A stretch of 56,501 nt of DNA, filler included, from Sluysia triapertura (taxonomy: Eukaryota), in assembly GCA_046118255.1 (NCBI GenBank). It is 4 parts of 4 records of this genome, joined end to end, with 100 filler letters (N's around TTAATTAATTAA, not from the genome) between each part and the next. Parts side by side here need not be neighbours in the genome. Positions count along the whole stretch, not along the records: positions 44,312 to 56,501 come from JBJNIA010130626.1; 3 more parts are not named here. One strand, 5' to 3'. Both the position numbers and the translations under genes were made by a program. Below, piece by piece: positions 53,527-56,501 of the stretch. The notes below the pieces were generated by a model that made no database searches, was not told the DNA's origin, and worked only from the letters and a program-made list of their open reading frames with translations. Position 1 is the first letter of the stretch, and every line of letters begins with the position of its first letter.

Positions 53527-54678
53527 TTAAAACATATTCAAAACATACCATCACTCGATTTCCAAATGTTCCACAGATCTTCCTTATTAATCAGTGCATC
53601 GCTTTTGTGAAAACGTTGTGTTTTCTCTGAAACTTGACTTTGTGAAAAAGATCCTTTAACAAACTTAATGTAAATATTGTTATAACAAATCTTAGTACTC
53701 GAGAAAATTATTCAATAAACTCTAACTAACAAAACAGTTTGTGAAATCGAATAAACAAATATTTAATAAATAAGAAAATAGTTTATTTAAATATTTCATG
53801 AGTTTGTAAAAAATCAAAGTACGCATAAATGAAATATGGTTTTTTACTTTTTAGTATATACTATCTATAAATACATAGTATCATACAGCAATTCATGTCT
53901 GGATGAAATCTAGACGGTGGAAGTACTACTGGTCCAAAAGGTTGAGTGATAAATCTTTTTGGTTTATTATTAATTAGAAAAAATAAATCGTAGTAGAATA
54001 AAATAAAATAAATTTAATGAAAAATTTTTGCATTTACTCAAACCATTATATTCGAAAATCCAGACTGTTCGGACGGGGAGAAACAATAATATCAACCTAC
54101 ATGAATATGGATCTAAATTTTTCGGTAGCCTTAGAGAGTACACATAAAAGCATAAACATTTATAACACAGAAAAAAATAATAAAAATAATATAAAGAAAA
54201 TAATAAATAAAACAAAAAAATTAAAAAAGTAAAAGTAATAAAAACATAAGAAAATAACAAAAGTAATGATAGCTAAGTAACATCGACGATGTTATCCATT
54301 TAAACAAATATCAGACTTAGAATTTTGCATAAGTTTAATTATAATCCTATGGTATCATGAAATCATTTTATAAAATTTATTAAAGTAAAGAATCTTACGT
54401 TATTTCCACTATTTGACATTTCTGTTTTACTCTTTTTTCATTTCAACTTTTGACATTATCAATGAGTTTTATAATTACCGTCTGCAGATTAATTTCAATG
54501 ATTTTAATTAAGTTCTTTTACCAATTATTGCGTTTAAATCTTATTGAAATTTTTACGATAAGCAACTTTAAAGATATCCATCACCATTTTATTTTTGCTT
54601 TTCACAGCCTATTAAATTTTTTGTTTTTTAAAATTTATAACTATCAATTTTATTTTACAATAGCTTAGAATTCAAAAG

Positions 54679-54750
54679 TGGACTGATTGAGAATCGAACA
54701 GAGTACAATTCGTTGTATAGTCAAATGCTTTGAAGTCTGAACTACCATTC
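54679..54750 (-). repeat. Decayed tRNA-derived repeat (SINE head or pseudo-tRNA)
   Basis: The minus strand reads GGTAGTTCAGA...AGCATTTGACT...GTTCGATTCTCAATCAGTCCACTTTT, collinear with 47749-47826. Confidence 0.55.
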
Positions 54751-55456
54751 ATAATCCTTAGTAAATTTTAAACCTATACCTTATAATAAATTTTTATTTA
54801 AAATTTACATCATTTATTATATTTAATTTTTATAAATATTAATTAGTATTTTTAATTGTTATTCTTATTAATAATTTTCTAATACTTCATATTCTCTAAT
54901 TGATATTTACATTTTAACAATATAATTAATATTGCCTTCAATGATAATTTTAGAATTCATATAGCATCCTGTAGCACGTAATTATAACATTATTAAAAAT
55001 TTTAACAAAACACTTATTTCTAACATCTTTAGATTCAGAAATATCAATATCTCCATTTTTATCATCATCTATTTGAGTATGTAAATCCGATATAGCTTTA
55101 TAATCCATTTCTTCGTGTGTACATAAATTAAAATTTTCTTTACACTTATCTGAAATCTTAAAATCTCCTTCTAAATAAATACGATAGATATCTTTTCAAA
55201 AAATATACTTGATAATTTAATGGATAAAAATATTAAATTAATATAAAGATATAATATTTTCATATCAAAATTTTTATAATTTTTTGAAAGTCGAAATCAA
55301 AATTGTAATGAGCTATATAGAGCAGTAATTGATAAATTTAAAGAACTTAAATTTTTATTTAATAAAAAGTGAAACTAAAATAGTAAATCATTATGTATAT
55401 TTTTATTTATATAATTTTTAATATTTAATTATCAGTTTTATGTCTTGATCTTAAAA

Positions 55457-56501
55457 TTAAAATGTTCCCATGTATATTTGATAATTTGGTAACCCAGTGG
55501 AATTCCGAAAACCTATAGTGTATGAGATAAATGATGTAGTGAGGGCTTTTAAATGAGTAAAAATATTATTATGATTTTTCTTAACTTCTTCATCACTTGG
55601 CCGTAAATACTCATGAATATTGTTAAGTTTTATTAGGTTGTCCTTAACTGAAATAACAATTAATTTATAAATGGATTCGGGTGGATAATCCATAGTTAAT
55701 TTATGTGCAATTAAGTCGCGTATATCTTGTTTATCACCTTTAAGAAAATTAAGCAAATCAATAAGTTTCTGCAAATATTCTAGACGCAATTCCATCACGT
55801 CAAGTATTAAATCAACTACACGATTTGGGTCTAAATCAAAATAACCGATCAAAGATTTCATTGGTTCAGTCATAATTATAGTATTTTCATTGAATGAAGC
55901 TAATTCAACAATTGATTTACAAAATCTTTCATTAGCTTCGTCTTCTAGGTGAATTAAGTCAGAAGGTTTACCTGCGTCACGTTGTGTTTTAACATAGCTT
56001 AATTCATGAATCATCATAACTAAATTTAGTTCTTTAACTGCTATTAAATACTTTTTATACCTCTTCATGACAATGTTTCTGTTATAGGTTTTATCGCTCC
56101 TACTTAATCTTATTAAAACTTCAAACGCGTTAATAAAATGTAAGAAGTACAAAACAGAGTTTATATTTACTAATTTTAAAAAAATTATGATGGAGTTATC
56201 GCTGGTCTTCATTTGCATCTCCTTCATCGCGGCTCCTAGTTCGCTGTACAAAATCCTAGAATTATAGATACAAAATATGATATGGTAAATATTTATAATA
56301 TAATACATGAAATTAAAGAAAGTACCTTTAGAACTATCAAATATCTGCATCACTAAGTGTGGTAACATTTCTTCTGTTCTCTTCGTTAGCTCATTATTAT
56401 CTTCATATGTCGAATAAAATCTACAGATAACGAAATCTGTATTATGAGTTGAAACTGCATCTTCATTACGCCATGGATTGCCAAATTCGGAAATATAAGG
56501 A
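55457..56501 (-). CDS. THOC2: THO complex subunit 2-like, N-terminal region only; frame open to the window edge
   Basis: MKSLIGYFDLDPNRVVDLILDVME is the THOC2/Tho2 N-domain signature. The frame stays open upstream of 56368 to the window end. There is a probable retained intron starting at 56325 (GTACTT, AT-rich). Confidence 0.8.
   Translation of the reverse strand, partial: PYISEFGNPWRNEDAVSTHNTDFVICRFYSTYEDNNELTKRTEEMLPHLVMQIFDSSKGTFFNFMYYIINIYHIIFCIYNSRILYSELGAAMKEMQMKTSDNSIIIFLKLVNINSVLYFLHFINAFEVLIRLSRSDKTYNRNIVMKRYKKYLIAVKELNLVMMIHELSYVKTQRDAGKPSDLIHLEDEANERFCKSIVELASFNENTIIMTEPMKSLIGYFDLDPNRVVDLILDVMELRLEYLQKLIDLLNFLKGDKQDIRDLIAHKLTMDYPPESIYKLIVISVKDNLIKLNNIHEYLRPSDEEVKKNHNNIFTHLKALTTSFISYTIGFRNSTGLPNYQIYMGTF

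Overview
This is very AT-rich eukaryotic (metazoan) DNA with short GT-AG introns (about 42-140 bp). It consists of four contigs joined by artificial 100-bp N spacers that carry a TTAATTAATTAA all-frame-stop linker, so adjacency across those spacers is not evidence. Two intact host genes are present: a 4-exon PI-PLC X-domain gene (PLCXD, 1395-2614) and an invertebrate-type calmodulin (30861-31352). A THOC2-like N-terminal region runs off the right edge. The rest is mostly transposon debris: Tc1 and mariner remnants, two TA-flanked MITEs, tRNA-derived repeats and (ATT)n tracts. The most striking structure lies at about 5.9-29.8 kb, where at least six diverged copies of a 1-2 kb terminal module occur. 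Five termini share TGTRGYGRCCAACC. Reading inward, each module has a C-rich strand-biased arm, a conserved block, an (AAT)n tract, short palindromes and inverted CCAAT-box pairs. Most modules then lead into a degenerate lineage-specific ORF family with variable N-termini: an Unkempt-like C-x9-C-x6-C-x3-H finger, a RUN domain, or an unknown domain X. Isolated host-gene fragments (one UGGT exon, a SETD2 post-SET piece) sit next to such modules. My inference is an undescribed family of promoter-bearing, gene-capturing DNA elements that behave like Ginger or Pack-MULE elements. All protein family calls come from motif recognition by eye, without database searches.
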